DNA of 38,198 nt from Candidatus Kerfeldbacteria bacterium RIFOXYC2_FULL_38_9 (GCA_001818355.1 MHKJ01000034.1:12723-50920), one strand, 5' to 3'. Positions 1 through 8,138 are shown, numbered from the stretch's first letter. The notes: generated by a model from the letters alone, not told the origin. Numbers and translations: made by a program.

Positions 1-10
1 TAAGTGTTTG

Positions 11-47
11 CTAACGCAACGGTAATGGCGCGAACGATGTGCGAAAT
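11..47 (+). repeat. 37-nt intergenic element, copy A (CTAACGCAAC-N9-GCGAAC-GATGTGCGAAAT)
   Basis: Same length and architecture as 28951..28987 and 30962..30998. Shares CGCAAC...GCGAACG with 29702..29738. Follows a TAA at 1..3 and ends 12 nt before ATG 60. Confidence 0.6.
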
Positions 48-59
48 AGTAAACTTTTT

Positions 60-566
60 ATGACAATGAACAAAGTTTTAATCATAGGGATAAGTGGAAC
101 AGGTAAAACAGGGTTGGCAAAAAAAATATCCGATTTTTTAAAAATTCCAGTCACCCATTATGACGAGTTTGTTTGGGATGAAAACTGGAATGAAGTGGAT
201 GAAAAAATAGTAGAGCAAAAATTGGAGGAGGTTATCAAAAAGGATGGGTGGATTATTGAGGGTTTTATACACCCAGCCGCTAAGAGCAAATTAAAAAATG
301 CTGACACTGTAATTTATTTAGATTATTCTGGCTGGCAAGCATTTTTGGGCGGTTTAAACAGGTGGTGGATATACCGAGGTAAAACAAGGCCGGAGATGGC
401 AGCTGGGTGTATTGAAGATTTTAACTGGAATTATTTAAAAGTCATGTGGAAACGTGCAGAAAGACAGGAAATTGAGGAAACAATCAAAGGATTTGAAAAT
501 AAAATGATTCGCCTAAAAACAAGAAGCGAGACGGATAATTTTCTTGCCAAACTGCTTGCGAAGTAA
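60..566 (+). CDS. Small P-loop NTPase, adenylate-kinase / topology-modulation (FlaR)-like
   Basis: ORF 39..566. Walker A GISGTGKTG follows directly after MNKVLIIG, so ATG 60 or 66 is a more likely start than 39. About 170 aa, typical of stand-alone AAA/adenylate-kinase-like proteins. Confidence 0.6.
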   Translation: MTMNKVLIIGISGTGKTGLAKKISDFLKIPVTHYDEFVWDENWNEVDEKIVEQKLEEVIKKDGWIIEGFIHPAAKSKLKNADTVIYLDYSGWQAFLGGLNRWWIYRGKTRPEMAAGCIEDFNWNYLKVMWKRAERQEIEETIKGFENKMIRLKTRSETDNFLAKLLAK

Positions 567-581
567 AAAGTTTACTACACC

Positions 582-718
582 GCACAACAGCCGATATGCG
601 GTTCAAGAAAAAGAATGATAAATATTTTCAGCGGATACTTTTTTCTCTCACCCATATTTCGCACAAATTTAATTTTTAAGGAGTGTGCGAAACATCGCAT
701 ATCGGCGTTAGACGAAAT
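582..718 (+). repeat. 137-nt imperfect palindrome, long form of the intergenic element family
   Basis: GCACAAC-A-GCCGATATGCG (582..600) pairs with CGCATATCGGC-GTTAGAC (696..713); the 11-bp arms are perfect. Nested hairpin TTTCGCACA (657..665) / TGTGCGAAA (684..692). Ends GTTAGACGAAAT like the other copies. Confidence 0.7.
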
Positions 719-838
719 AAATTTTTTATCTTAGTGGTAATTTTAGGGTTTTGGTGATATAAATAAAAACAGAAAATTTTATTTTTAATTTATTTAAAGA
801 GGGGTAACAAGGAATTTTTTCTTCTTTTATATTTTTCA

Positions 839-1747
839 ATGGAGGAAGAAAAAAGTTATTTAATTTTAAAAGCTATGAAAAATATTGGAGTTTTAATTTA
901 TACATACAACAGAGTTGATGATGCTAGAATAAATTTAGACATCATTAGGAATGTTTGGGAAAAATCCAAGCATTTTAAAAATGTAAAAATAGTTCACTCC
1001 TTCAATGGTGAAAAAAGCTGGTATGCGAAGAAGGAATTAGAAAATGATTTAGTGGTTTTGAAAAATAGCTGGCATTTTCAAGGGGCATCTGATTTAATTG
1101 ACGCTGGAATCAAGACATTTCAAAAAAAGTATACAAATATTGATTATGTTATTGTATTGGCTTCTGATGCTTGGCTGATAAAGCCCGAGTATGTGAAAAA
1201 CCTGATTAGCAGAATGAAAAATGATGAATTATATTTAGCAACTTGTTCATGGGGACTTCCCGACAGAGACAATGTCGCTGATGTTGGCGTGGCTGTTGAT
1301 TTATTTATAATCGATTTGAAGTGGGCAACAAAAAATAAACTGTTTCCAATTGCATATGGAAAATTTCAGAAAAAATACAAAGATTTGTTTGCCTATCAAA
1401 AAGCTGACAATATTATGCTGGAAAAATTATTTTTGGCACGATATTTGGAAGCTATTAGCAGATCCGAAAAAATTGATGGCATTGCAAGAAAAATTGCGAT
1501 TGAAAAAACCTTATTACTAAAGGACAGAGAGCCTGTGCATAGTAGTATTGATAAAAAAGGAAATTGGGTTAGAAAAATGTATTGGCCTAAAATGGGACTG
1601 CTAACACATCACGAACCAGAACCAAAGAGAAATATTTTAAAAAAAAAGAAAATCAGCAATGGTAAAAATGTTGAACTTTTACTAAAAAGTAAAGATTTGT
1701 CATATTTTAACAATGGTATTTCTAAAATGAAACATAATTGCAATTAA
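839..1747 (+). CDS. Hypothetical protein, possible GT-A fold (GT2-like) glycosyltransferase
   Basis: 302-aa ORF. N-terminal IGVLIYTYNR resembles the GT2 IPtYNr motif, and DYVIVLASDAW resembles the DxD-region strand. No stronger match recognised. Confidence 0.45.
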   Translation: MEEEKSYLILKAMKNIGVLIYTYNRVDDARINLDIIRNVWEKSKHFKNVKIVHSFNGEKSWYAKKELENDLVVLKNSWHFQGASDLIDAGIKTFQKKYTNIDYVIVLASDAWLIKPEYVKNLISRMKNDELYLATCSWGLPDRDNVADVGVAVDLFIIDLKWATKNKLFPIAYGKFQKKYKDLFAYQKADNIMLEKLFLARYLEAISRSEKIDGIARKIAIEKTLLLKDREPVHSSIDKKGNWVRKMYWPKMGLLTHHEPEPKRNILKKKKISNGKNVELLLKSKDLSYFNNGISKMKHNCN

Positions 1748-1969
1748 GGAGTTTTGGGTTCGGGCATTCACCCCTTAATCCCTTGGTTTACTCTTTTTTT
1801 GATTTTTTTGGCAATTTATTGCTCTGTTTGTTGATTTTGCAGTTCATCAAATGTATCAGCTTCAATCCAAAATCCCCGACTGATATCATGATGTCTATAG
1901 CGCGGGTTGACATAATTCCTTAATATGGTATACTATAAATACTTCATTAAACCATATTAAGTATTTTCC

Positions 1970-2319
1970 ATGACCTCTCTATCACTTATTATAAAAGCTC
2001 GTTTGGAAGAAAAACTGACTAAACTCAACAAACTCCGTCCCCTGCCAAAATCGACAATGCTGAAACTTCGAGAAAAATTCCAGATTGAAATGACTTACAA
2101 TTTATTGCTCAATCCGTAGAGCGCTCGCTTGATATCTACCTCAAAACTTTAACTCCCGCCACCACTAAACAGGAGAAATTTTGACACTCACGGACATAGC
2201 TAAAAACACTCATTTCTCTGCCAAATATTTAAACTTACTTGCAAGGCAGGAACTGGCTAACATCGAAAGAAGCCGTTGAGCGATACTTGAAAAATAGGAC
2301 AAGACAACGAAAAGTGTAA
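1970..2319 (+). pseudogene. Decayed Fic-family N-terminal fragment plus frameshifted HTH fragment
   Basis: 1970..2119 encodes a 49-aa ORF, MTSLSLIIKARLEEKLTKLNKLRPLPKSTMLKLREKFQIEMTYNLLLNP*. This resembles the Fic N-terminus up to the (W/M)TYNSNAIEG region and then stops. 2181..2319 encodes LTDIAKNTHFSAKYLNLLARQELANIE, followed after a +1 frame shift by SKEAVERYLKNRTRQRKV*, an HTH-like tail. Confidence 0.45.
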
Positions 2320-2354
2320 CAAAATTCATTTTATAATCAATACACGATAACTAT

Positions 2355-2867
2355 ATGAGTGATTTTACTCCGGAACAATTAAACCTTATCTCTAACATTG
2401 AACATGCTTTTGAAAATGTCACAAGGGAAGATGGTAAAACACTACATGAAGCCTTCGCTGAAGATCAGTATCTTTCAAAAGAAGAATGTCTTGAAGCGAG
2501 AAAATTAGATACCGATACCCGCTGGCAAGACGTGTCAGATGAAATGATAAATGAAATACCGAGCCCATTTTCTTTTTTAGATGGCAAAGGAAGACGTTAT
2601 TACCTGCCGGCCTTCATGCGGTTTGGCGTAAAATATCCTAACCACTATGCTACCAGCATGCTGATTTATATCCTTTATCCATTTACCAGCACACAAGGTG
2701 AAAAACAAAATTGGACAGTTGAATCACTAGTGCAAGATTTTAAATTTAATAAACAGCAATGTCGAGTTATTTTTGATTTTCTAAAAAACATATGTGAAGA
2801 TGAATTTTTGTTAAAAAAACCTGAATGGGTTAAGGCGTTGCAAGAGTGGCAACGATTATCAGAATAA
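2355..2867 (+). CDS. Hypothetical protein, DUF6714-like
   Basis: 170-aa ORF. TLHEAFAEDQYLSKEECLEARKLDTDTRWQDV...FSFLDGKGRRYYLPAFM resembles the DUF6714 signature as I recall it (LxEAxxxDxY...ARxxDxxxxWxDI...FLDxxGFRFYLPAYM). Family assignment is from memory only. Confidence 0.5.
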   Translation: MSDFTPEQLNLISNIEHAFENVTREDGKTLHEAFAEDQYLSKEECLEARKLDTDTRWQDVSDEMINEIPSPFSFLDGKGRRYYLPAFMRFGVKYPNHYATSMLIYILYPFTSTQGEKQNWTVESLVQDFKFNKQQCRVIFDFLKNICEDEFLLKKPEWVKALQEWQRLSE

Positions 2868-2968
2868 AAACAGAAAATACATCGTACAGCAAAAAAATAT
2901 TTATTCTATAAACCTCTCACTCCAAAACTAGACTAACTCCAATTAAAAAATAATTGAAATCAAAAACT

Positions 2969-3889
2969 ATGTCAGAAAGACCATTTTTAGATAAACTGTA
3001 TACTTCTCAAGAAAAAAAATTACCAGAAAATGTTATAAGAATTAAAAAACCGGAGGGAATATATCGTTTGGTGTTGTCTGACAGCCATGCAACCCAAGAA
3101 AGCGTGTCCACAGTCGATGGTTCAGATGGTGTGATCCTTGAAGGTGATGTAATTATATTTGGTGATTTTAATTATAGTGATCCTAAGATTGCCAAAAGAG
3201 CTATTGAGACAGCGGCCAGAAGAGATGAACAGTACAAAGATATTATTCTCTGGTGTCAACAAAATGATAAACCAATCTATTATACTGATCTACAATACAT
3301 CAAACTTATTCCTTTTATCCAAAAAATATTACGGGGCTTGGAATTTGGTGTTGCGGCTAATTTGCTGATGCGTTTTGGGGTTAATATTACAAAAAAGCCG
3401 ATCAACAGAAGAGATTTTCTTAAATTGACTGCCGGCGCTTTTTTGGCAACCCCAACCCTGGAGGATTTTCTTTTTATTCTTGATAAAGACAACAACCACC
3501 ATACCAGCGCTGTTTCTGCAACCAGGGATAGGCTTGGAGAGGTAAATGAAAAAATGCATCCGGAAACCCATGCTATTATCAGAACATTGCGTAATTGCCT
3601 AATGGCACAAAAATGGAAAACCATTATGCAAATTAGCGCTACATCCCAAACAGGACACAAACCCGAAATCGCACAAGTAGTCGGAGCGATGCATACCGGC
3701 ATTGAGGACGCTCTTAATGAAGACGACAGTGAACGAATTGCTACCATAAAACAACTCCTGTCTGTGCCGGGGCTTGAAGAAGATAGAAAAAAAATAGCAA
3801 GTATTGCCCGCGTTCTTTATTCGAAAAAAACGCAAACTTGGGTGGTAACAGAATATCAAGACCCACTACTTAAGCCGTTGGAAAAATAA
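2969..3889 (+). CDS. Hypothetical protein with an internal twin-arginine-like motif
   Basis: ORF 2954..3889 opens at TTG; ATG 2969 (MSERPF) is preferred. No family recognised. NRRDFLKLTAGAFLATP lies at residues about 151-167. Confidence 0.55.
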   Translation: MSERPFLDKLYTSQEKKLPENVIRIKKPEGIYRLVLSDSHATQESVSTVDGSDGVILEGDVIIFGDFNYSDPKIAKRAIETAARRDEQYKDIILWCQQNDKPIYYTDLQYIKLIPFIQKILRGLEFGVAANLLMRFGVNITKKPINRRDFLKLTAGAFLATPTLEDFLFILDKDNNHHTSAVSATRDRLGEVNEKMHPETHAIIRTLRNCLMAQKWKTIMQISATSQTGHKPEIAQVVGAMHTGIEDALNEDDSERIATIKQLLSVPGLEEDRKKIASIARVLYSKKTQTWVVTEYQDPLLKPLEK

Positions 3890-3914
3890 AATTTGATATG
3901 CTTTTGCTGAACTT

Positions 3915-3931
3915 GACCTTAGGTCTTTTTT
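3915..3931 (+). terminator. Weak intrinsic terminator-like hairpin
   Basis: GACCT-T-AGGTC followed by TTTTTT, 26 nt after the stop at 3889. The stem is only 5 bp. Confidence 0.35.
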
Positions 3932-3952
3932 GAGTTACACTATAAAAGCAAA

Positions 3953-3971
3953 CTAACGAACTAGACGAAAT
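3953..3971 (+). repeat. Short copy of the intergenic element (CTAACGAACTAGACGAAAT)
   Basis: Shares CTAACG with copies A and C, and TAGACGAAAT with 709..718. Lies at the junction between the accessory cluster and rny. Confidence 0.5.
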
Positions 3972-4119
3972 CTTAATAAAGCAAAGGTTTGTGTAATTAT
4001 TTGTTGAAATTTTCCTAAAACATGATAAAAAAACACCTTGACGGTAAAGTTTGGAACGATAAGTAATTGGTTTTTTATTACACAAAAACTTTAGTGTTTC
4101 GTCTCTAACACTAATAAAT

Positions 4120-5634
4120 ATGGAAATTATTATTGGGGTGATGGCTGTGGCCGTGGGTCTGGTTTTGGGTTGGATTTTAAGACAAGTAAAAGCAACAGCC
4201 AACCAAAATTCTGCGGAAATGAAAGCAGAAAACCTGTTAAAAGAAGCGAAGGCCAAACAACAAGAAACCTTGGTGGAGGCCAAGGAAAAAGCAATTACAA
4301 TTATTGATGAGGCTAAAAAAGAAGAACAAGAACGTCGTCAAGATTTGCAAAAAATGCAACAACGCTTGGAAGATCGAGAAAACAAATTTGACGAAAAATT
4401 GCTGGATTTAGAACAAAAAAAAGAATCTTTGCAAACTAAAGCTGAAGAAATAACTCAGGTAAAAAATGAAGTTTTAAAAATTAAAAAAGAACAGTTGGCT
4501 AAACTGGAACGCGTGGCCGGTCTGGATCGTGAACAAGCTAAAGAGGTTTTGTTAACAAGTGTGGAAAAAGAAAACAGCGAAGCTTTGGCCTCTCGTATAA
4601 AAAAACTGGAAACTCAATCTAAAGAAGCTTATGACGAAAAAGCGCGGCGCATCCTTACTGATGCCGTACAAAGATGCGCTCTTTCTCATGCCGCCGAAAC
4701 CACCTCCACTGTTTTAAACCTGCCGTCAGACGAAATGAAAGGAAGAATTATTGGTCGTGAGGGTCGCAACATCAGGCGCTTGGAAGAATTAACCGGAGTA
4801 GAGGTGGTGGTTGATGATACGCCGGAAACTATTTTACTTTCCGCTTTTTCTCCTATCCGTCGTCATTTGGCTAAGCGCACTTTGGAAAAACTCATGGAAG
4901 ATGGTCGCATTCATCCTACTAAAATAGAAGAGGTGGTGGAAAAATCCAAAAAAGAACTGGCGGAAGAAATTATGCGCGCCGGTGAAGAGGCTTTATACGA
5001 AATGGGAATTACCGGTATTGATCCCAAACTTATTAAAATCCTGGGGCGTTTACGTTATCGCACCAGTTATGGCCAAAATGTTTTGCGTCATTCTTTAGAG
5101 GTGGGCGTTTTAGCCGGCTTATTAGCGTCAGAATTGGGAGCAAATGTTCCTTTGTGTCGTAAGGCCGGGCTCTTTCATGATATTGGTAAAGCGTTGGATC
5201 ATGATATTCAAGGCACTCATCCTGAAATTGGACGTGATATTGGTCGTAAATTTGGTTTTGACCAAAAATTATCTGATGCGGCTTTCTGTCACCACGAAGA
5301 TCAACCGCCGACTCTGGAGGCGATTATTGTGCAGGTGGCTGATTGTATTTCCGGCGGTCGTCCAGGAGCACGCAAAGACACCTACGAACAATATATTCAA
5401 CGCCTGGAAGAACTGGAAGGAACAGCGACCGCTTTTGAGGGTGTAGAAAAAGCTTATGCTATTCAGGCTGGTCGAGAAATTCGAGTATTTGTAGAATCAG
5501 AAAAAATCAACGACCTCGAAGCTCATCAGTTAGCCAGGGATATCGCTAAAAAAATTGAAGGTGAATTAAAATATCCAGGTGAAATCAAAGTAAATGTTAT
5601 TCGGGAAACCAGGGTGGTGGAATATGCGCGCTAG
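4120..5634 (+). CDS. rny: Ribonuclease Y
   Basis: N-terminal TM helix MEIIIGVMAVAVGLVLGWIL, a long E/K-rich coiled coil, KH motif GRIIGREGRNIRRLEELTGV, HD motif LFHDIGKA. 504 aa. Confidence 0.95.
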   Translation: MEIIIGVMAVAVGLVLGWILRQVKATANQNSAEMKAENLLKEAKAKQQETLVEAKEKAITIIDEAKKEEQERRQDLQKMQQRLEDRENKFDEKLLDLEQKKESLQTKAEEITQVKNEVLKIKKEQLAKLERVAGLDREQAKEVLLTSVEKENSEALASRIKKLETQSKEAYDEKARRILTDAVQRCALSHAAETTSTVLNLPSDEMKGRIIGREGRNIRRLEELTGVEVVVDDTPETILLSAFSPIRRHLAKRTLEKLMEDGRIHPTKIEEVVEKSKKELAEEIMRAGEEALYEMGITGIDPKLIKILGRLRYRTSYGQNVLRHSLEVGVLAGLLASELGANVPLCRKAGLFHDIGKALDHDIQGTHPEIGRDIGRKFGFDQKLSDAAFCHHEDQPPTLEAIIVQVADCISGGRPGARKDTYEQYIQRLEELEGTATAFEGVEKAYAIQAGREIRVFVESEKINDLEAHQLARDIAKKIEGELKYPGEIKVNVIRETRVVEYAR

Positions 5635-5637
5635 TTT

Positions 5638-6447
5638 ATGAATATTCTGATTTTTGGGGATATTATCGGACGACCAGGACGCAAAACCATGCAAAAAGCT
5701 CTGCCGGATTTATGTAAAAAGCATCAAGCCGATTTAGTCATTGCCAATGTAGAAAACTTAGCTCACGGCTTTGGTATTACAGATGACACCATTGCCGAAA
5801 TGCGCCAAGCCGGGATAAATTTTTTTACTACCGGAAACCATATTTGGAAAAACGAAAAAGGAAAAAAACTGTTGGCACAAAATCCCGCTGATATTATTTG
5901 TCCGGCCAATGTAACCGGCAATCTCCCTGGCAAAAAAATGGCTGTCATCACGGTCAAAAAAATAAAAATTCTCCTGATCAATTTACTGGGCCAAGTCTTT
6001 ATGGAAACAAAAGAAGAAAAAATTGTCTCTCCCTTTGAAACCTTTGATCAGATTTATCAAGAAAACGGTCAAGATGCCTTGGTGATTGTGGATTTACACG
6101 CAGAAGCCACAGGAGAAAAAAGAGCTTTTTCTTGGTACGTAGATGGTAGGGCCGATATTGTAGTTGGCACCCACACCCACGTCCAAACTACCGATGAACA
6201 AATTATGCCAAAAGGTACGGCTTATATTACCGATTTGGGTATGGTGGGCGCGGCAGATTCTTCCTTGGGCATGGAAAAAGAACGAGTTCTAGCAAAAGTT
6301 GCCCTTAAAAAAGAAACGCATCTGGAACCGCCTACTCATGCTAAGGCTGGAGTTTTATCCGGCATTTTGGTGGTGGTTGATGAAAAAAAGAAAAAAGTGA
6401 AGTCTATTCAGCGCCTTTTACAAAATTATGAATTGACCAATGCTTAA
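5638..6447 (+). CDS. ymdB: YmdB-type metallophosphoesterase (2',3'-cyclic-nucleotide 2'-phosphodiesterase family)
   Basis: MNILIFGDIIGRPGRK ... ANVENLAHGFGIT ... DLHAEATGEK ... GTHTHVQT. Shows the conserved rny-ymdB adjacency. Confidence 0.85.
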   Translation: MNILIFGDIIGRPGRKTMQKALPDLCKKHQADLVIANVENLAHGFGITDDTIAEMRQAGINFFTTGNHIWKNEKGKKLLAQNPADIICPANVTGNLPGKKMAVITVKKIKILLINLLGQVFMETKEEKIVSPFETFDQIYQENGQDALVIVDLHAEATGEKRAFSWYVDGRADIVVGTHTHVQTTDEQIMPKGTAYITDLGMVGAADSSLGMEKERVLAKVALKKETHLEPPTHAKAGVLSGILVVVDEKKKKVKSIQRLLQNYELTNA

Positions 6448-6503
6448 AGCTGTCCTATACTATTGAGGAATAAATAACAACATATTGAGAGGAGGTGAGT
6501 TTT

Positions 6504-6797
6504 ATGAATAAAGCCAAATTAGCAGAGGTCTTAGCCGAACGCACAGGCATTTCCAAAAAACAAGCGGAGGATTTTTTAGAAAACTTTGTAGAAGTAGTCA
6601 AAGAGTCTTTGGTAAAGGGCGAGGAAGTAACTTTAGCGGGTTTTGGTACGTTTATGGCCAAATTTCGAGGTAGCCGCATGGGGGTTAACCCACAAAATCC
6701 ATCACAACGCATTCAAGTTCCAGCTGTTACCATTCCTAAATTTAAAGCCGGCAAAAACCTTAAAGACGCATTAAAAAATACAGCTCAAACCGTTTAG
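6504..6797 (+). CDS. hup: HU-family DNA-binding protein
   Basis: MNKAKLAEVLAERTGISKKQAEDFL ... GFGTFMAKFRGSRMGVNPQNP ... IPKFKAGK. GGAGGTGA sits 6-8 nt upstream of ATG 6504; the track start 6495 is a GTG inside the RBS. Confidence 0.92.
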   Translation: MNKAKLAEVLAERTGISKKQAEDFLENFVEVVKESLVKGEEVTLAGFGTFMAKFRGSRMGVNPQNPSQRIQVPAVTIPKFKAGKNLKDALKNTAQTV

Positions 6798-6894
6798 TTT
6801 AAAATAAATATTATTTTTTCCTTATTTTGTGCGGGTTTTTGTTGTGGATAAAAAAAGTGTAATTTTTTCATATTATTGCTAGGATAAAGTTCTG

Positions 6895-7911
6895 ATGAAA
6901 AAAACCGTTTTAACTATTTTGCAAAACTACCCCTTAAGTGCGGTTAAAAAAATCCAGCCCATTGCCATAGGTTGGGTAAATAAAAATTTTTATATTACAA
7001 CCGACCAAGGAGATTATGTATTACAGCGCTTGGCGCCGGTTTTTGATGAACGCACTATTGAAGATATAGCTCTGGTGGTTGCCCATCTAAATAACAAAAA
7101 GGTTCCTACTTTGAAATTAACCAAAACCAAGCGGGGTGGCTGGCATCATAAACACGATGGTCATTTGTGGAAACTGATGCAAGCGATTAAGGGGGAGACT
7201 CACGAAGAGATACGATCTGATAAAATGGCCTATGAAGCCGGGCGTGCCTTAGGAGAATTTATTCAAGGCATGAAGGATTTTAATAGCAAACAATTAAAAA
7301 ACCCTTTGCGCTTACATCAAACCGCTCAAGTTTATGCGGCTTATTTAAAAATCTATAGTCAATTAACTGAGCAAGAAAAAAATACTGCTCTGTTGTCTTG
7401 TTTTTCTTATATTAAAGAACAGTTACCACAAATGATGCTACCGGAAAGTCTGCCACAAAGCATTGTGCATGGCGATCCAAAAATTTCTAACATTATTTTT
7501 CAAGGAGAGCATGCCTGTTGCATGATCGATTTAGACACCTGTATGTTACACACTCCTTTGGTGGATATTGGCGATGCCATGTGGTCATGGTGCGGCCAGG
7601 CGGAAGATTGCCTAGAAAACACTTTTTCTCTCAGTCGTTTTAAAGAAGCCTTGCGTGGTCTTACTCTTTCCTTGGAACTTTCTGCTGACGAAAAAAAATA
7701 CATTTATCAAGCCCTGCAAATGATTACTTTGGAACTAGCTTCTCGCTTTGCCAAAGATATTGTGGAAGACGCTTATTTCGGTTGGAATCAAAATAAATAT
7801 TCTTCTCGGAGCCAACATAATCAAGCGCGTGTTCGCAGTTTAGTGCATCTTTCTCTGGATATGTGCGCCAAAAAAGAAGCTATTGAAAAAATTGTCTTTC
7901 CACAAAATTGA
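6895..7911 (+). CDS. Phosphotransferase (APH / homoserine-kinase type II / choline-kinase fold) family protein
   Basis: Catalytic-loop motif VHGDPKISNIIF and metal-binding MIDLDT. N-terminal GWVNKNFYITTDQGDYVLQR is typical of this kinase family. Substrate cannot be inferred. Confidence 0.7.
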   Translation: MKKTVLTILQNYPLSAVKKIQPIAIGWVNKNFYITTDQGDYVLQRLAPVFDERTIEDIALVVAHLNNKKVPTLKLTKTKRGGWHHKHDGHLWKLMQAIKGETHEEIRSDKMAYEAGRALGEFIQGMKDFNSKQLKNPLRLHQTAQVYAAYLKIYSQLTEQEKNTALLSCFSYIKEQLPQMMLPESLPQSIVHGDPKISNIIFQGEHACCMIDLDTCMLHTPLVDIGDAMWSWCGQAEDCLENTFSLSRFKEALRGLTLSLELSADEKKYIYQALQMITLELASRFAKDIVEDAYFGWNQNKYSSRSQHNQARVRSLVHLSLDMCAKKEAIEKIVFPQN

Positions 7912-7951
7912 CGAAATGGGCTTTGTTTTGTATCGTTATATAGCTTTAAAT

Positions 7952-8029
7952 GCGCCCGTAGCTCAACTGGATAGAGCGTCTGGCTTCGGACCAGAAGGTT
8001 TGGGGGTTCAAGTCCCTTCGGGCGCACCA
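7952..8029 (+). tRNA. tRNA-Arg (anticodon TCG), CCA encoded
   Basis: Acceptor GCGCCCG/CGGGCGC, D arm GCTC-AACTGGATA-GAGC, anticodon arm TCTGG-CTTCGGA-CCAGA, T arm GGGGG-TTCAAGT-CCCTT, then ACCA. The variable region appears 1 nt longer than usual. Confidence 0.85.
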
Positions 8030-8033
8030 ATAA

Positions 8034-8105
8034 GGGATCATAGCTCAATGGTAGAGCAGCTGCCTCTTAAGCAGTTGGTTGAAGGTTCAAATCCTTCTGG
8101 TCCCA
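8034..8105 (+). tRNA. tRNA-Lys (anticodon CTT), CCA not encoded
   Basis: Acceptor GGGATCA/TGGTCCC, D arm GCTC-AATGGTA-GAGC, anticodon arm GCTGC-CTCTTAA-GCAGT, T arm GAAGG-TTCAAAT-CCTTC, discriminator A. Confidence 0.88.
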
Positions 8106-8138
8106 CTCTTTCCTTGTGCATAACTTTCTTGTTTTTTC

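Noticed and set aside
1738-1923. 61-aa + strand ORF after the GT-like gene.
   Set aside because: It has no start context, and its sequence is hydrophobic, low-complexity and unrecognisable. The region looks like decayed DNA. A minus-strand reading (…YVNPRYRHHDISRGFWIEADTFDELQNQQTEQ*) lacks a start codon.
4005-4010. Additional TGAAAT / GTGTAAT hexamers upstream of rny (about 3991..4010), resembling the right end of the intergenic element.
   Set aside because: These are -10-like A/T-rich hexamers expected at high frequency in this composition. Without the CTAACG/CGCAAC/GCGAAC parts they cannot be assigned to the element family.
3159-4283. Cluster of track ORFs inside or antisense to the 2969..3889 gene and the rny 5' end (3159..3368+, 3280..3747-, 3329..3571-, 3599..3859-, 3870..4283-).
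   Set aside because: All are embedded in, or antisense to, a longer ORF or the well-supported rny start. Their translations are low-complexity or Cys/Phe-rich with no recognisable motifs, as is typical of shadow ORFs in AT-rich DNA.
6843-6851. Perfect DnaA boxes (TGTGGATAA) outside the origin region, at 6843..6851 upstream of the APH-like kinase and at 28843..28851 inside repeat copy 1.
   Set aside because: Isolated single 9-mers are not very improbable by chance in 38 kb of AT-rich DNA on two strands. There is no clustering and no adjacent AT-rich unwinding tract. Noted only as possible DnaA-titration or regulatory sites.
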